The notes under the pieces were generated by a model. The model had not been told where the DNA came from and made no database searches. It worked only from the letters and a program-made list of their open reading frames with translations. The position numbers and the translations under genes are program-made. From contig CAWANJ010000003.1 of the NCBI GenBank assembly GCA_963783385.1, forward strand, positions 160,001 to 224,000: 64,000 nt of DNA, written 5' to 3'. The stretch is from an uncultured Gemmatimonadales bacterium. GTDB lineage: Bacteria > Gemmatimonadota > Gemmatimonadetes > Palauibacterales > Palauibacteraceae. Each line of letters opens with the position of its first letter. Positions within the stretch are counted from its first letter, which is position 1. Positions 36,493 to 48,372 of the stretch are shown here, piece after piece.

Positions 36493-37965
36493 TCAGGAGC
36501 CCTCCCAGCCCGTCAGATCCACCCGAATGTCAATGCGCCGGTTCTTGGCGCGCCCCTGGTCCGTGTCGTTGCTGGCGATCGGCTGGCTCTCGCCGTAGCC
36601 CTTGGCTGTGATGCGATCGACGCTCAGCGCCATGTTGGCGAGCAGGTAGTCGCGCACGGCCTCCGCGCGCTTCTCGCTGAGCTGCTGGTTGTAGTCCTCG
36701 TTCCCCCGTGAGTCCGTGTGGCCGGTGATCGTGATCGACTGGTCGGGGAACTCGCGCAGCACGCGCTGCACCTTGGTGAGGAGCGAGAAGTTGTCCGGCT
36801 TGATCTCCGCCGAGGCCGAAGGGAACTGCAGGCCGTACAGACGGATGATGAGCTCGCCGCCGCTCAACAGGACCTCGGCCTCGTTCGAGTCGAAGATGGC
36901 CTGGATCTCCCGCAGCTTCTGCTCCGTCTGCTGGCGCTTCTGGAGCTCGGCCGTGACCTGCTGCTGCTTCTCGCCGAGCTGGGCGAGGCGCGTCTCGAGG
37001 GAGTCGGAGTGCGTGCGGGCCTGCTTGAGGTCCTGGCGTAGAGACGCGGTCTGCTTCTCCAGGTTGGCGCGGTCCTCGTGCAGGCTCTTGATGGAGGCCA
37101 GGATCTGCTGGGTGGCCGGGCCCAGGCCATCCGTGAAGTCGGGCTCGTAACCGACCGAATCGGCGATCCGGGAGACCTGGTCCTCGGCGCGGAGCACGAG
37201 CGCCTCGATGCCCGCATCACGGTTCCGGAACGTGTCCGCCACGGCCGCCAGCCGCGCCGCGTGCTGGTACTGGGTCGCCGCGTTCTCGGCCAGCTCGCGG
37301 GCCTGCGCCTGGCGGGAGGGATCGCTCTTGAGGATCTGCTCGGCCTGGCCGAGGAGCGTGTCCGCGTGGGCCAGGGTGCGGGGCGCACGGTCGTTGGCGT
37401 TGGCCCGCAGGGCCTGCTGCCTCAGGTCGCGGGCACGCCCGAGGACGTCCACCTCGATGGCCCGCTGCTCCGCCTTCTGGTAACGCTGGGCCGCCTCCGC
37501 GCCCTTGTTGCGGGCGTCGTTCTGGTTCCCGTCCTCCACCTTCTTGCCGGCGTCCTCCATGGCCGACTCGGCGTCGGACCACAGGTCGGGTGCGAACTGG
37601 GGCGCGTTGGCGGCCAGGGCGTCCCTCCGCGCCGCGAGCGCGTCCTTGAGGAGCAGCTTGCCGACGTCCTCGAGCTTCTCGGCGCGGGTCAGGTTGTCCG
37701 CCACCTCGGCCAGCCGCTTGCGGATATCGCTGATGCTCCCGCCCTGGGCGAGCATCCGCTGCGCCTCCAACAGCTTCTCGGAGGCCTTCTGGAAATTGCG
37801 CGGGGCGATGAGGTCCAGGTGCTTGGCGCGATCCTGGTTCACCCGATCGCCCATCGACTTCACCTGCGACTCGACGTTCTGCGCGACGACCGGCGTCGGG
37901 GCGAACAGGCCGATGCCCGACACGAGCAGGGCGAGACCCAGGGACACGGCTACTCGGTGGCGCAT
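36493..37965 (-). CDS. OmpA-family peptidoglycan-binding protein with a long N-terminal helical/coiled-coil region
   Basis: Signal peptide. C-terminal GHTDSRG..YNQQLSEKRAEAV...GYGESQPIASN...GRAKNRRIDI. Confidence 0.92.
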   Translation of the reverse strand: MRHRVAVSLGLALLVSGIGLFAPTPVVAQNVESQVKSMGDRVNQDRAKHLDLIAPRNFQKASEKLLEAQRMLAQGGSISDIRKRLAEVADNLTRAEKLEDVGKLLLKDALAARRDALAANAPQFAPDLWSDAESAMEDAGKKVEDGNQNDARNKGAEAAQRYQKAEQRAIEVDVLGRARDLRQQALRANANDRAPRTLAHADTLLGQAEQILKSDPSRQAQARELAENAATQYQHAARLAAVADTFRNRDAGIEALVLRAEDQVSRIADSVGYEPDFTDGLGPATQQILASIKSLHEDRANLEKQTASLRQDLKQARTHSDSLETRLAQLGEKQQQVTAELQKRQQTEQKLREIQAIFDSNEAEVLLSGGELIIRLYGLQFPSASAEIKPDNFSLLTKVQRVLREFPDQSITITGHTDSRGNEDYNQQLSEKRAEAVRDYLLANMALSVDRITAKGYGESQPIASNDTDQGRAKNRRIDIRVDLTGWEGS

Positions 37966-38150
37966 GGTTCGCTCCAGTGCGGGATGAACGCGCCCGCGGG
38001 GGGCGCGGGCGCTCGCTCATTGCGAAAGAAGATGTATGACTCGGGAGCGGCGCGGGCGGGTCGGCAGCTTCCCGCGTCCGCCCCGGATCGTCCGCTTCCG
38101 TGGAGGCTTCGATCCCAGTTCCACCGCAAACGCCGGGCCGCGGGCGGCGC

Positions 38151-38708
38151 TCAGCCCCCTCGGCCCGGCGCCGCCAGCACGTCGATGAGCTCGCGGAGCG
38201 TGGTCTCGCCACCGTCGCGGGCGTACCAGCGGCGGGCTTCCTTGTAGATCTCGTCCACCGGGCGCTCGCCGCGCCGCTTCTCGCCAAGGACGAAGTCCTG
38301 GAGCTCGGCGGGCCTCGGGCCCCAGCGGCCGACGGGCTCGAAGTCCTCGTCGAGCACGATGGCCAGCGGGATGGACTGGCTCCCGTTGGTGAGGTAGGCG
38401 TCCATGAGGTCCGGGTACGCGTCCCGCTTCACGATCCGCAGGTCCAGGTTGGAGGCGGCCTCGGCCAGCCGCGCCAGGACCGGGACGGTGTTCGACGCAT
38501 CGCCGCACCAGTCCTCGGCGATCACGAGCAGGCGCCAGGGCCCGCCCGTCTCCTGGACGCGCGCGGCGGCCCACTCCGGGGTGTCGTGCGTCCGGTAGAT
38601 GCCACGCCACAGCTCCGGGTGCTTCTCGACTTCGTCCTCCAGGTACGTCTTGAACGGGAAGCCCGCGTCCCAGTACTTGGTGTAGTCCAGGTCGGTCGTG
38701 GTCGTCAT
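38151..38708 (-). CDS. Thioredoxin-like protein (monothiol WCGD type)
   Basis: IAEDWCGD, TNGSQSIP and WGPRP. Confidence 0.85.
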   Translation of the reverse strand: MTTTTDLDYTKYWDAGFPFKTYLEDEVEKHPELWRGIYRTHDTPEWAAARVQETGGPWRLLVIAEDWCGDASNTVPVLARLAEAASNLDLRIVKRDAYPDLMDAYLTNGSQSIPLAIVLDEDFEPVGRWGPRPAELQDFVLGEKRRGERPVDEIYKEARRWYARDGGETTLRELIDVLAAPGRGG

Positions 38709-38867
38709 GATGTTGGCCTCGATCTTGAAACAGCGTACCATGCGGCCGCCGCGCCGGCGGTACCCCTCACGAGGATGCAGGAACGGTTCCGCCGGGTGGG
38801 GTCCTGTCGAAGCGGTCCCCGCAGCCCACGCGGAAGAGTCTGTCACGAAGACAAAGGAGCGAGCGCT

Positions 38868-40595
<1,728 letters not shown>

Positions 40596-40756
40596 GGCGA
40601 AGGGAAGGCCGCAGGGGGCCGCGCGTCGCGGCTCCCCGCAACGGCCGCGTCCTCGCCGGGTAGGAGCACCGGTCAGGACGCCGGGATCCGTTGGGCGGCC
40701 CGTTCCGCCCGTGCTAGATTGACCCGAGGCACGGTGTACACCCAGGAGGAGACGGC

Positions 40757-41695
40757 ATGGCGCGATTCACCGACGAAGAGCTGCAGCGCAAGGTCAAGGA
40801 CGGCTTCATCGTCGAGTCCGAGGCCGACATGACGGAGGGCTACAAGAAGGCCCTCATCACGCAGCTCACCGTCCAGGGGGACACCGAGCTCATCAGCGCT
40901 CCCGCCTACTTCATGGCCGCGCGGGACGCGCCCTCGACCAACACCATGGTCTCGGCCACCGCCATCATCCAGGACGAGCTCGGGCACGCCAACATCGCCT
41001 ACCGACTCCTGGAGGACCTGGGCATCGACCGCCACTGGCTCCTGTACGAGCGGCCACCCGAGAAGTTCAAGCACCCGTATGGCTTCGACCAGCCGCTGGA
41101 GAACTGGGCCGAGCTGGTGACCGCCAACGGACTGTACGACCGGGCCGGCATCACGCTCCTCGGCGACGTCTACCGGAACACCAGCTACGGGCCCCTGAAG
41201 CGGGCGCTCGTGAAGGTGGACATGGAGGAGAACTTCCACCTGCGCCACGGCGAGGTGTGGATGCGCCGGCTGGCCGAGTCGGGCGGCGAGGCCCGCGACG
41301 CCGTGCAGCACGCGCTCGACTGGATGTTCCCGATGGGGGTCGAGTGGTTCGGGATGCCGGACGACAAGAAGCGGCACAACGCGCAGCTCGACTTCAAGCT
41401 CAAGGGCATGACGAACGACCAGCTCCGGCAGACGTGGCTCAAGGCCGTGGTGCCGCTGTGCGACGAACTGGGGCTCGACGTGCCGGCCCACGTCAACCCG
41501 GACACCGAAGAGGTCGAGCTCGAGTTCGAGTTCCCCTGCCAGTACGACCCGGACGCCAAGCGCTGGCTGTTCGAGGAGACCATCACCTGGGACCAGGTCT
41601 GGGACCGCTGGCGGGGACGCGGGCCCATGAACCAGCAGTACGTCGAGTCGGTGCGGAAGAGCCGCTACGACGTCGAGGACCTGCTGGCGGCGTGA
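40757..41695 (+). CDS. paaA: Aryl-CoA epoxidase diiron catalytic subunit, PaaA-like (divergent)
   Basis: AGGAGG RBS; D.MTEGYKKAL, APS, QDELGH, SYGPL.RAL, EENFHLRHG and TNDQLRQ. The family is clear; the substrate is not. Confidence 0.78.
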   Translation: MARFTDEELQRKVKDGFIVESEADMTEGYKKALITQLTVQGDTELISAPAYFMAARDAPSTNTMVSATAIIQDELGHANIAYRLLEDLGIDRHWLLYERPPEKFKHPYGFDQPLENWAELVTANGLYDRAGITLLGDVYRNTSYGPLKRALVKVDMEENFHLRHGEVWMRRLAESGGEARDAVQHALDWMFPMGVEWFGMPDDKKRHNAQLDFKLKGMTNDQLRQTWLKAVVPLCDELGLDVPAHVNPDTEEVELEFEFPCQYDPDAKRWLFEETITWDQVWDRWRGRGPMNQQYVESVRKSRYDVEDLLAA

Positions 41696-42201
41696 AGCCA
41701 CGGGAGCTCGTCCGGATCCAGCCGCGGCCGGCGCGCGGGACGGGGGCGAGCGCGCCCGGTGCGGGGCGGTCGGCCATCGGCCGGGCCCGCTACGAGGAGG
41801 GGATGGACTTCGGGGCGGTGCTGCGCGCCACGCAGGGCCGGCGGGAGGAACTGCCGCCCGCGCCCGACTTCCCGGAGCCGCCCGCCGACCTGGCCGCCCG
41901 CGCCCGGCGGGCGCTGTACGAGGTGGCGGATCCGGAGTTTCCCATCTCGCTCGTCGACCTCGGGCTCGTGTACGACGTGCGGGCCGACGAGGCGTCGGGC
42001 GCGGTGACCGTGGACCTCAGCTTCACGGCCACGGCATGCCCCTGCATGGACTTCATCCAGTGGGACGTACGGGATCGACTGCTTCGGGAGCCCGGCGTGG
42101 AGCGGGTCGAGGTCCGAACCGTGTGGGACCCGCCCTGGACGACGGCGCGGATCACGCAGCGGGGCCGGGAGCTGCTGCGCCGAGCGGGCGTGTCGATCTG
42201 A
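41692..42201 (+). CDS. paaD: DUF59/SufT (PaaD N-terminal-like) metal-sulfur cluster assembly factor
   Basis: V.DPEFPISLVDLGLVY, TATACPC and WDPPWT..RIT..GR. Confidence 0.8.
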   Translation: MKPRELVRIQPRPARGTGASAPGAGRSAIGRARYEEGMDFGAVLRATQGRREELPPAPDFPEPPADLAARARRALYEVADPEFPISLVDLGLVYDVRADEASGAVTVDLSFTATACPCMDFIQWDVRDRLLREPGVERVEVRTVWDPPWTTARITQRGRELLRRAGVSI

Positions 42202-42214
42202 CGAGAGAGGACGC

Positions 42215-42523
42215 ATGAGGCGGGACAATCCGATCGAGGGCGTCGACCGCGTCTACGAGGTGTTCGCCCGCAAGGACCGGGCGGACCGGTTCGAGCACGT
42301 GGGCACGGTGCAGGCGCCCAGCGCGGAGCTGGCGCGGGTGTACGCCTGGCAGACGTACGACGAGGCCAAGTGGTTCGAGATGGCCGTGGCCCCGCGCGAC
42401 GCCTTCTGCCGGGTGAACCGCGACGAGGCCCCGTTCACGCTGGGCGGCCCGCCGCCGGTGGGGGAGGGCTCCCAGGCCGACTTCGACACGCCCGCCGGGT
42501 ACGGCGGCGCGCTGGCCCGATGA
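42215..42523 (+). CDS. paaB: PaaB-like small subunit
   Basis: YEVFAR....EHVGTVQAPSAELA..YA, together with the operon context. Confidence 0.72.
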   Translation: MRRDNPIEGVDRVYEVFARKDRADRFEHVGTVQAPSAELARVYAWQTYDEAKWFEMAVAPRDAFCRVNRDEAPFTLGGPPPVGEGSQADFDTPAGYGGALAR

Positions 42524-42539
42524 CGACGCTGGAGAGGCG

Positions 42540-43391
42540 ATGAGCGACGGGGACACCGCGGTGAGGACCTTCAAGGCGCCCGAGGACCTTCCCGACGCCG
42601 TCCGGGAGCCCATGGGCGAGCTCCTGCTCGTCCTGGCCGACAACAAGCGCCTGCTCGGCATGCGCTACGCGGACTGGATCCTGGGCGCGCCCGCCCTCGA
42701 GGCCGGCATCGCGTGCTCGGCCATGGCCCAGGACGAGTGGGGCCACGGCCGCATTGTATACGCCATGCTGCGCGACTTCGGCTTCGACCCCCACCACCTC
42801 GAGCACGAGCGGGACGCCGACGAGTACCGGAGCAGCGAGCTCCTGGACCGACCGGCCCAGGGATGGCCGGAGCTCCTGGCCCTCAACCTCCTGCTGGACA
42901 CGGCGCTCTCCGTCCAGTTCGAGGCCATGGCCGAGAGCAGCTTCGAGCCGGTCCACTACAAGGTCCAGAAGCTCCTGGACGAGGAACGCTTCCACTTCGA
43001 GCACGCCCGCGGCTGGACCGCGCGCCTGGCCACCACACCCCAGGGGCGGGAGAGCCTGGAGCGGGCGTTCGCCCCGGCGTGGGCCGCTTGCCTGCGCTGG
43101 TTCGGGCCGTCCGACGACCCGGTGGACGCCGCCCTCGAGGGAGCGGAGATCATCGACGCGGGACCGGATCTCCTGCGGGCCCGCTGGCTGTCCCGCGTCG
43201 GTCCGGTGGTCGCCGGGGCGGGCCTCGAGCTGGCCGAGGAGTCGGGAGACGGCTGGACGACCGACGCCGACCTGACCTGGGACGACGACTGGAAGCCCGG
43301 CTGGCGGAGGAGCGCCGAGGCCGAGGGGCCCGACGAGGATACGCTCCGACGCGTGCGCGGGGACAAGAACCGTCCCCTTCTGCTGGACTGA
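42540..43391 (+). CDS. paaC: PaaC-like ferritin-fold subunit
   Basis: LADNKRLLG.RY.DW..GAP.LEA.IA..MAQDEWGH and EERFH. Confidence 0.78.
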   Translation: MSDGDTAVRTFKAPEDLPDAVREPMGELLLVLADNKRLLGMRYADWILGAPALEAGIACSAMAQDEWGHGRIVYAMLRDFGFDPHHLEHERDADEYRSSELLDRPAQGWPELLALNLLLDTALSVQFEAMAESSFEPVHYKVQKLLDEERFHFEHARGWTARLATTPQGRESLERAFAPAWAACLRWFGPSDDPVDAALEGAEIIDAGPDLLRARWLSRVGPVVAGAGLELAEESGDGWTTDADLTWDDDWKPGWRRSAEAEGPDEDTLRRVRGDKNRPLLLD

Positions 43392-43405
43392 TCGGGCACG
43401 GATTC

Positions 43406-43612
43406 ATGGACGAATCGGCCGGTCGCAAGGGCGGGAGCGCGCGAGCCGCGGACGAGACGCTACACACCGACGCGCTGCCCGAGCACGTCACCTGCCCGTT
43501 CTGCGGCGGCGAGGACACCGAGCAGTTCGCGGTGTTCGGCTCGGCGCTCTCGGTGAGCCAGTACTACTGCCGCCCCTGCCGGACGGTGTTCGAGTACATG
43601 AAGTGGCGCTGA
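43406..43612 (+). CDS. Stand-alone zinc ribbon equivalent to the PaaD C-terminal domain
   Basis: CPFCGGEDTEQFAVFGS....QYYCRPCRTVFEYMK. Confidence 0.78.
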   Translation: MDESAGRKGGSARAADETLHTDALPEHVTCPFCGGEDTEQFAVFGSALSVSQYYCRPCRTVFEYMKWR

Positions 43613-43659
43613 GCGCCGCCTGGCGCTCTCAGCGAAGCCCATCGTCACAGGAGCATCCC

Positions 43660-44724
43660 ATGTCCGAAGTGCGCCGAATGCCATCATCCGTGGAGCCGCG
43701 CGCCCGTTGCGCCGTCCTCCCGCTCCTTCTCGTCCTGGCCTCGGCCTGCGGAGGCGGGGGCGCCGGAGCCGGTGGCTCCGGGACCGCGGCGTCCGCCGGC
43801 TCCGGGACCGGCTCCCGGCCCGACACGGTCCGGGCTACCGTCCCGGGCCTCTACCCGGAGGGCGTCGAGTACGACTCCGTCCACGGGCATTTCCTGCTGA
43901 GCTCGCTCAGCCACGGGACCGTGACGGCCGTAGACGACCGGGGCGCTGTGACTACACTCGTAGACGATTCGGGGAACGTCTCGTCGGTCGGCCTGCAGGT
44001 GGCCGGGGACCGTCTCCTGGTGGCGCTGTCGGACGTGCGGGCCGCGCTCGACACGACCGTGGCGGGCCGCGCCGGGCTCGGGGTCTACGACCTGGCCTCC
44101 GGTCGGCGGCTCCACCGGGTCGACCTGGGGGGCCTGTTCCCGAACGGCCGGCACTTCGCCAACGACATCGCCGTGGACGCGGACGGGAACGCCTACATCA
44201 CCGATAGCCTGTCCCCGGTGATCTACCGGGTGACCCCCGACGGGAAGGCCTCGATCTTCGTCCGGGACACCCTGCTCGGCGGCCGCGGCTTCGGTATGAA
44301 CGGCATCGACTACGACCCGAGAGGCTTCCTGCTCGTGGCCATGGACCAGCAGCGCGCCCTGTACAGGATCCCGATCGCCGCGCCGGACAGCCTGGAGCGC
44401 GTCGACCTGAGCGAGCCGCTGGCGGCCGACGGAATGGTCCTCGGCCCGGGCGGACACCTGGTCGCCGTGGCCGCCACCTTCCCCGGGGGCGGTCCCCGCA
44501 AGGAGGAGCTGGTCGAGCTGACCAGCGGCGACGGATGGCAGTCGGCCACGATCACGGCCCGCGCTCCGCTGGACGCCTCCGCTTCGCCCACCACCGTGGC
44601 CCTGCGCGACGGCGACGCTTACGTGATCCAGGCGCACCTGTCGGGCATGGGGCAGGCGGAGCCGGTCCGGACGTTCGAGATCGTGCGCGTACCCCTGTCG
44701 CCGGAGAGTGCCACGGGCGGCTGA
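43660..44724 (+). CDS. SMP-30/gluconolactonase-like beta-propeller lipoprotein
   Basis: Lipobox LASAC, LYPEGV, FANDIAVD..GNAYITDS, NGI and ADGM. Confidence 0.82.
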   Translation: MSEVRRMPSSVEPRARCAVLPLLLVLASACGGGGAGAGGSGTAASAGSGTGSRPDTVRATVPGLYPEGVEYDSVHGHFLLSSLSHGTVTAVDDRGAVTTLVDDSGNVSSVGLQVAGDRLLVALSDVRAALDTTVAGRAGLGVYDLASGRRLHRVDLGGLFPNGRHFANDIAVDADGNAYITDSLSPVIYRVTPDGKASIFVRDTLLGGRGFGMNGIDYDPRGFLLVAMDQQRALYRIPIAAPDSLERVDLSEPLAADGMVLGPGGHLVAVAATFPGGGPRKEELVELTSGDGWQSATITARAPLDASASPTTVALRDGDAYVIQAHLSGMGQAEPVRTFEIVRVPLSPESATGG

Positions 44725-44861
44725 TGTAGGGCGCCCGCCGCACCCCTCCGGGGCCCTCTCCCCCCATCGCGCCGCCGCGCCCCCCGATCGCCGGGGGCCG
44801 GCGGCGCCTTCGCATCGTCGCTTCGCGATCGCCGCCTCGGGACCGGATGTGCGCCGGGGAC

Positions 44862-44888
44862 GTTGATGGCATATCGTATACCATCGAC
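44862..44888. promoter_or_regulatory. Imperfect palindrome, putative transcription-factor operator (GntR-like core) upstream of susC
   Basis: GTTGATGGCATA-TCG-TATACCATCGAC, AT-rich, in a ~490-bp intergenic region. Confidence 0.55.
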
Positions 44889-45213
44889 AGATCGGCCGAC
44901 GCCCCGAGCGTCGAGCATCGCCGCCTTCGACAGGGAGCCCAACGGGTCGCATGGGAGTGAGGGGCCCCACCGTAGACAACTCGGCAAAAAGCGACACACC
45001 CGCCCGACGCCCCCTCCCGCCGCGCCGCTTCCCGGGACCCCGCATCGAGCCCGGCCGCGTGGCCGCCCATGTCGGCGCAACGCCCGACCCCTGCGCCGGA
45101 TCCCGAGTCCACTCCGAAGTCCATCTGCCATCCGCGGGTGCCGATCCTGGCGATCGGCATCGTCACACCCGCCGATCGAGGATCGGCGGGTCACTCACAC
45201 GGAGGGAGGCGCG

Positions 45214-48200
45214 ATGAGAGTCCGCCGCAGTCCCTGGTCCGCTTTCACGGCGTCCGCCGCCATCGCCCTGGCCGCGTTGTTGTGCGCGGCTCCGGCGAGG
45301 GCACAAGAGGGAACCCTGCAGGGCACGGTCTCCAATCAGACGGGTGCGGCCGTGGTCAGCGCCAGCGTGCGCGTCGTGGGCGCGGAGAGCGGTGCCATCG
45401 TCGACGCGAACGGTCACTACACGCTGCGCCTGGCACCGGGGACCTACCGCATCGCCGCCCGGGCGCTGGGCTACCGGAGGATGGTCAAGTCCGTCACGAT
45501 CCAGGCGGGCCAGGCGCAGACCCTGGACTTCATCCTCCAGGTGTCGGCCGTCCAGCTCGACGAGGTCGTCGCCTCGGTCACGGCCGGCCAGACGAGCCGG
45601 AGAGAGGTCGGAACGGACATCGCCACGATCAATGCGGCGCAGCAGGTCCAGGAGGGCGCCGTCACGAACTTCTCCCAGCTCCTGCACGCGCGGGCCACCA
45701 ACGTGACCGTCACCGAGACGTCCGGGGCCGTCGGAGCGGGCTCCCGGATCCGCGTTCGAGGCATCAACACGCTCACGGGCAACAACAACCCGCTCCTCAT
45801 CATCGACGGCGTTCGCGTCGACAACGAGACCGGGCTCCTCGGCATCAACCGGGGACAGACGTTCTCCCGCTTCAACGACATCAACCCTCAGGACATCAAG
45901 AGCATCGAGGTGGTGAAGGGGCCGTCGGCCACCGCGCTGTACGGGAGCGAGGCCTCGCCTGGCGTGATCATCATTACCACGAAGAGCGGCAGCGGCCAGA
46001 AGACCGGCATGCGCGCCACGATCGGCACCGAGCAGGGCTTCCAGCGCGACGTCACCAGCTATCCGACCAACTACGCGGATGTGACGCCCTACGTGACCGG
46101 GGCCAACGATTCGAAGCTGAGCCAGTGGCCGGTGGCGACCAACGCGACGACCGGCCAGGTGTTCGTCACCGACAACCCGTTCATGGACGCCAGCACGCGG
46201 CCCTTCCGGACCGGACTCCAGAGCGGGTTCTTCGGCAACCTGCGGGGCAGCTCCGACAACTTCAGCTACTACACCTCGGCGCGGTTCGATGACGATCAGG
46301 GGGTGATGCCCAGCAACTACTCCCACAAGCTGGACTTCCGCGCCAACTTCCAGGGGCGGCCCAGCGACATACTCACGGAGGACATCAGCGCCGGGTACAC
46401 CAGCTCGAAGACCAACCTCCCCAAGAGCGGGAACAACACGAGCGGATACGCGGCCAACGGCTTCGCGGGACGGCCCTTCTCGTCCCTGGGCACCGGCGGA
46501 GACTGTCTGGCCACCGTCCTGGCCGGTACCGACCCCAGCTTCTGTGACAAGAACGGCAACGTCCGGGCGGGCTTCGACAAGATCAAGCCGATCCTGAGCC
46601 TCGACAACGTGGAGCGGTTCACGATCTCGTCGATCACGACCCTGACGCCGGTGTCGTGGATGGTGAACACCGCCAAGGTGGGCGCCGACATCACGAACGA
46701 GACCTTCCAGGACGCGATCCCCTACGACCCGGACATCCCGTTCAGCTTCGCCGCCGGCGGGCAGAACTTCCTGACCACGCCGCAGACGCGCACGTACACG
46801 GCGGACCTCTCGACCCGCCTGTCCTACAAGCTCCGTGACGACCTCACGGCCCAGACGGCGGGCGGGGCCCAGTACTTCCAGCACAGGATCTCGACGGTTT
46901 CCTGCCAGGGGTACGTGTTCCCGAACGACAAGGCGACCGCTTGCGACGCGGCCGTGACCGGCCTGGGCTTCTCGGACTTCACCGAGAAGGTCGAGATCGG
47001 GGCCTACCTGCAGCAGCGCTTCTCGTACAACGACTACCTGTTCGTGACCGGCGCCATGCGGGTGGACGACAACAGCTCGCTGGGCTCCCAGCAGGGGGCG
47101 ATCTGGTCGCCGAGCGCGAACGCGTCCTTCGTGGTGAGTGACCTTCCGTCGTGGAAGGTGGACTTCATCAACGAGCTCCGGCTGCGGGCCGCGTGGGGCG
47201 AGGCGACGCAGGCTCCGCCGCAGTACGCCGCCGACCGCACATACGTGACGAGCGCGCTGCACGGAAGCACCGCCGGCCTTAGCCCCCAGGATCCCGGCAA
47301 CCCGGACCTGGGTCCCGAGCGGGACAAGGAGTTCGAGGCCGGATTCAACGCGGGCCTGTGGGACAGCCGGGTGGGGCTGGACTTCACCTACTACGATCGC
47401 ACATCCAACGACGCCATCGTGCCGCGGTCCGTCGCGCCCTCCACGGGCTTCCCGAACGTGCAGTACGTGAATCTGGGCCAGATCAAGAACCACGGCTTCG
47501 AGGCCAGTCTCGACGCCCAGCTCCTGCAGCGCGACAATCTGGACTGGACGGCTCGCCTGCAGTGGTCCACGACGAACTCCAGGGTCACGAAGCTGGGGCT
47601 CAGCACGCCCATCTTCCTGGGCTTCTCACAGGTGATCGCCGAGGGCTACGCCCCGGGGGCCTACATCAGCCGTGTGATCACCAGCGCGGCGCGCGATGCC
47701 AACGGGAACATCATCCCGAGCTCGATCCAGTACGCGCCGGGGGACCTGGGGGATGGCAGCGGCCGCGTGGTCGTGGGTCAACCTACGCCCACGAACATGG
47801 AGAGCTTCCAGACGACGGTTCGGCTGCTGGGACACCTGACGCTCTCCACCCTGTTCGACCGGGAGGCCGGGCACCAGGTCTACAGCACGGAGGTGGCCGG
47901 CAGGAACCCCAACAACCTGGGCGGCATCAACTCGAGCTTCGGGGACATGTGGGCGTACCGCCAGACGCGGTCCTCCCCGGTCCAGCAGGCCATGATGGAG
48001 CAGAACGAGCTCCTGGGCGACCACGCCGGCGTGTTCATCTACGACGCCAACTTCATCAAGTGGCGAGAGCTCACGCTGAGCTACGAGGTGCCCGAGCGAC
48101 TGACCCGCAAGCTGGGAGCGGCGACCGCACGCCTGTACGGCGGAGCCCGCAATCTGGCCACGATCACGAACTTCCCCGGAGTCGACCCCGAGGCCAACCA

Positions 48201-48291
48201 GAACGGGGCCCGTGACAACCTCCGTGTGGTCGAGGGCAACACCTTCCCCGCGCCGCTGACGTTCTACGGCGGCCTCACGCTCACCTTCTGA
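45214..48291 (+). CDS. susC: SusC/RagA-family TonB-dependent outer membrane receptor
   Basis: GGAGG RBS, signal peptide, carboxypeptidase-regulatory-like N-domain, plug motifs IRVRG...PLLIIDGV...DIKSIEVVKGPSATALYG, GNPDLGPE and C-terminal Phe. Confidence 0.93.
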   Translation: MRVRRSPWSAFTASAAIALAALLCAAPARAQEGTLQGTVSNQTGAAVVSASVRVVGAESGAIVDANGHYTLRLAPGTYRIAARALGYRRMVKSVTIQAGQAQTLDFILQVSAVQLDEVVASVTAGQTSRREVGTDIATINAAQQVQEGAVTNFSQLLHARATNVTVTETSGAVGAGSRIRVRGINTLTGNNNPLLIIDGVRVDNETGLLGINRGQTFSRFNDINPQDIKSIEVVKGPSATALYGSEASPGVIIITTKSGSGQKTGMRATIGTEQGFQRDVTSYPTNYADVTPYVTGANDSKLSQWPVATNATTGQVFVTDNPFMDASTRPFRTGLQSGFFGNLRGSSDNFSYYTSARFDDDQGVMPSNYSHKLDFRANFQGRPSDILTEDISAGYTSSKTNLPKSGNNTSGYAANGFAGRPFSSLGTGGDCLATVLAGTDPSFCDKNGNVRAGFDKIKPILSLDNVERFTISSITTLTPVSWMVNTAKVGADITNETFQDAIPYDPDIPFSFAAGGQNFLTTPQTRTYTADLSTRLSYKLRDDLTAQTAGGAQYFQHRISTVSCQGYVFPNDKATACDAAVTGLGFSDFTEKVEIGAYLQQRFSYNDYLFVTGAMRVDDNSSLGSQQGAIWSPSANASFVVSDLPSWKVDFINELRLRAAWGEATQAPPQYAADRTYVTSALHGSTAGLSPQDPGNPDLGPERDKEFEAGFNAGLWDSRVGLDFTYYDRTSNDAIVPRSVAPSTGFPNVQYVNLGQIKNHGFEASLDAQLLQRDNLDWTARLQWSTTNSRVTKLGLSTPIFLGFSQVIAEGYAPGAYISRVITSAARDANGNIIPSSIQYAPGDLGDGSGRVVVGQPTPTNMESFQTTVRLLGHLTLSTLFDREAGHQVYSTEVAGRNPNNLGGINSSFGDMWAYRQTRSSPVQQAMMEQNELLGDHAGVFIYDANFIKWRELTLSYEVPERLTRKLGAATARLYGGARNLATITNFPGVDPEANQNGARDNLRVVEGNTFPAPLTFYGGLTLTF

Positions 48292-48372
48292 ACGGTGAGG
48301 AGGCACGCCATGAACCCGACGAACAATGCAGCCGCGGTGACAGAGCGAATCCAGCAGCAGAGGGAGCGCACC

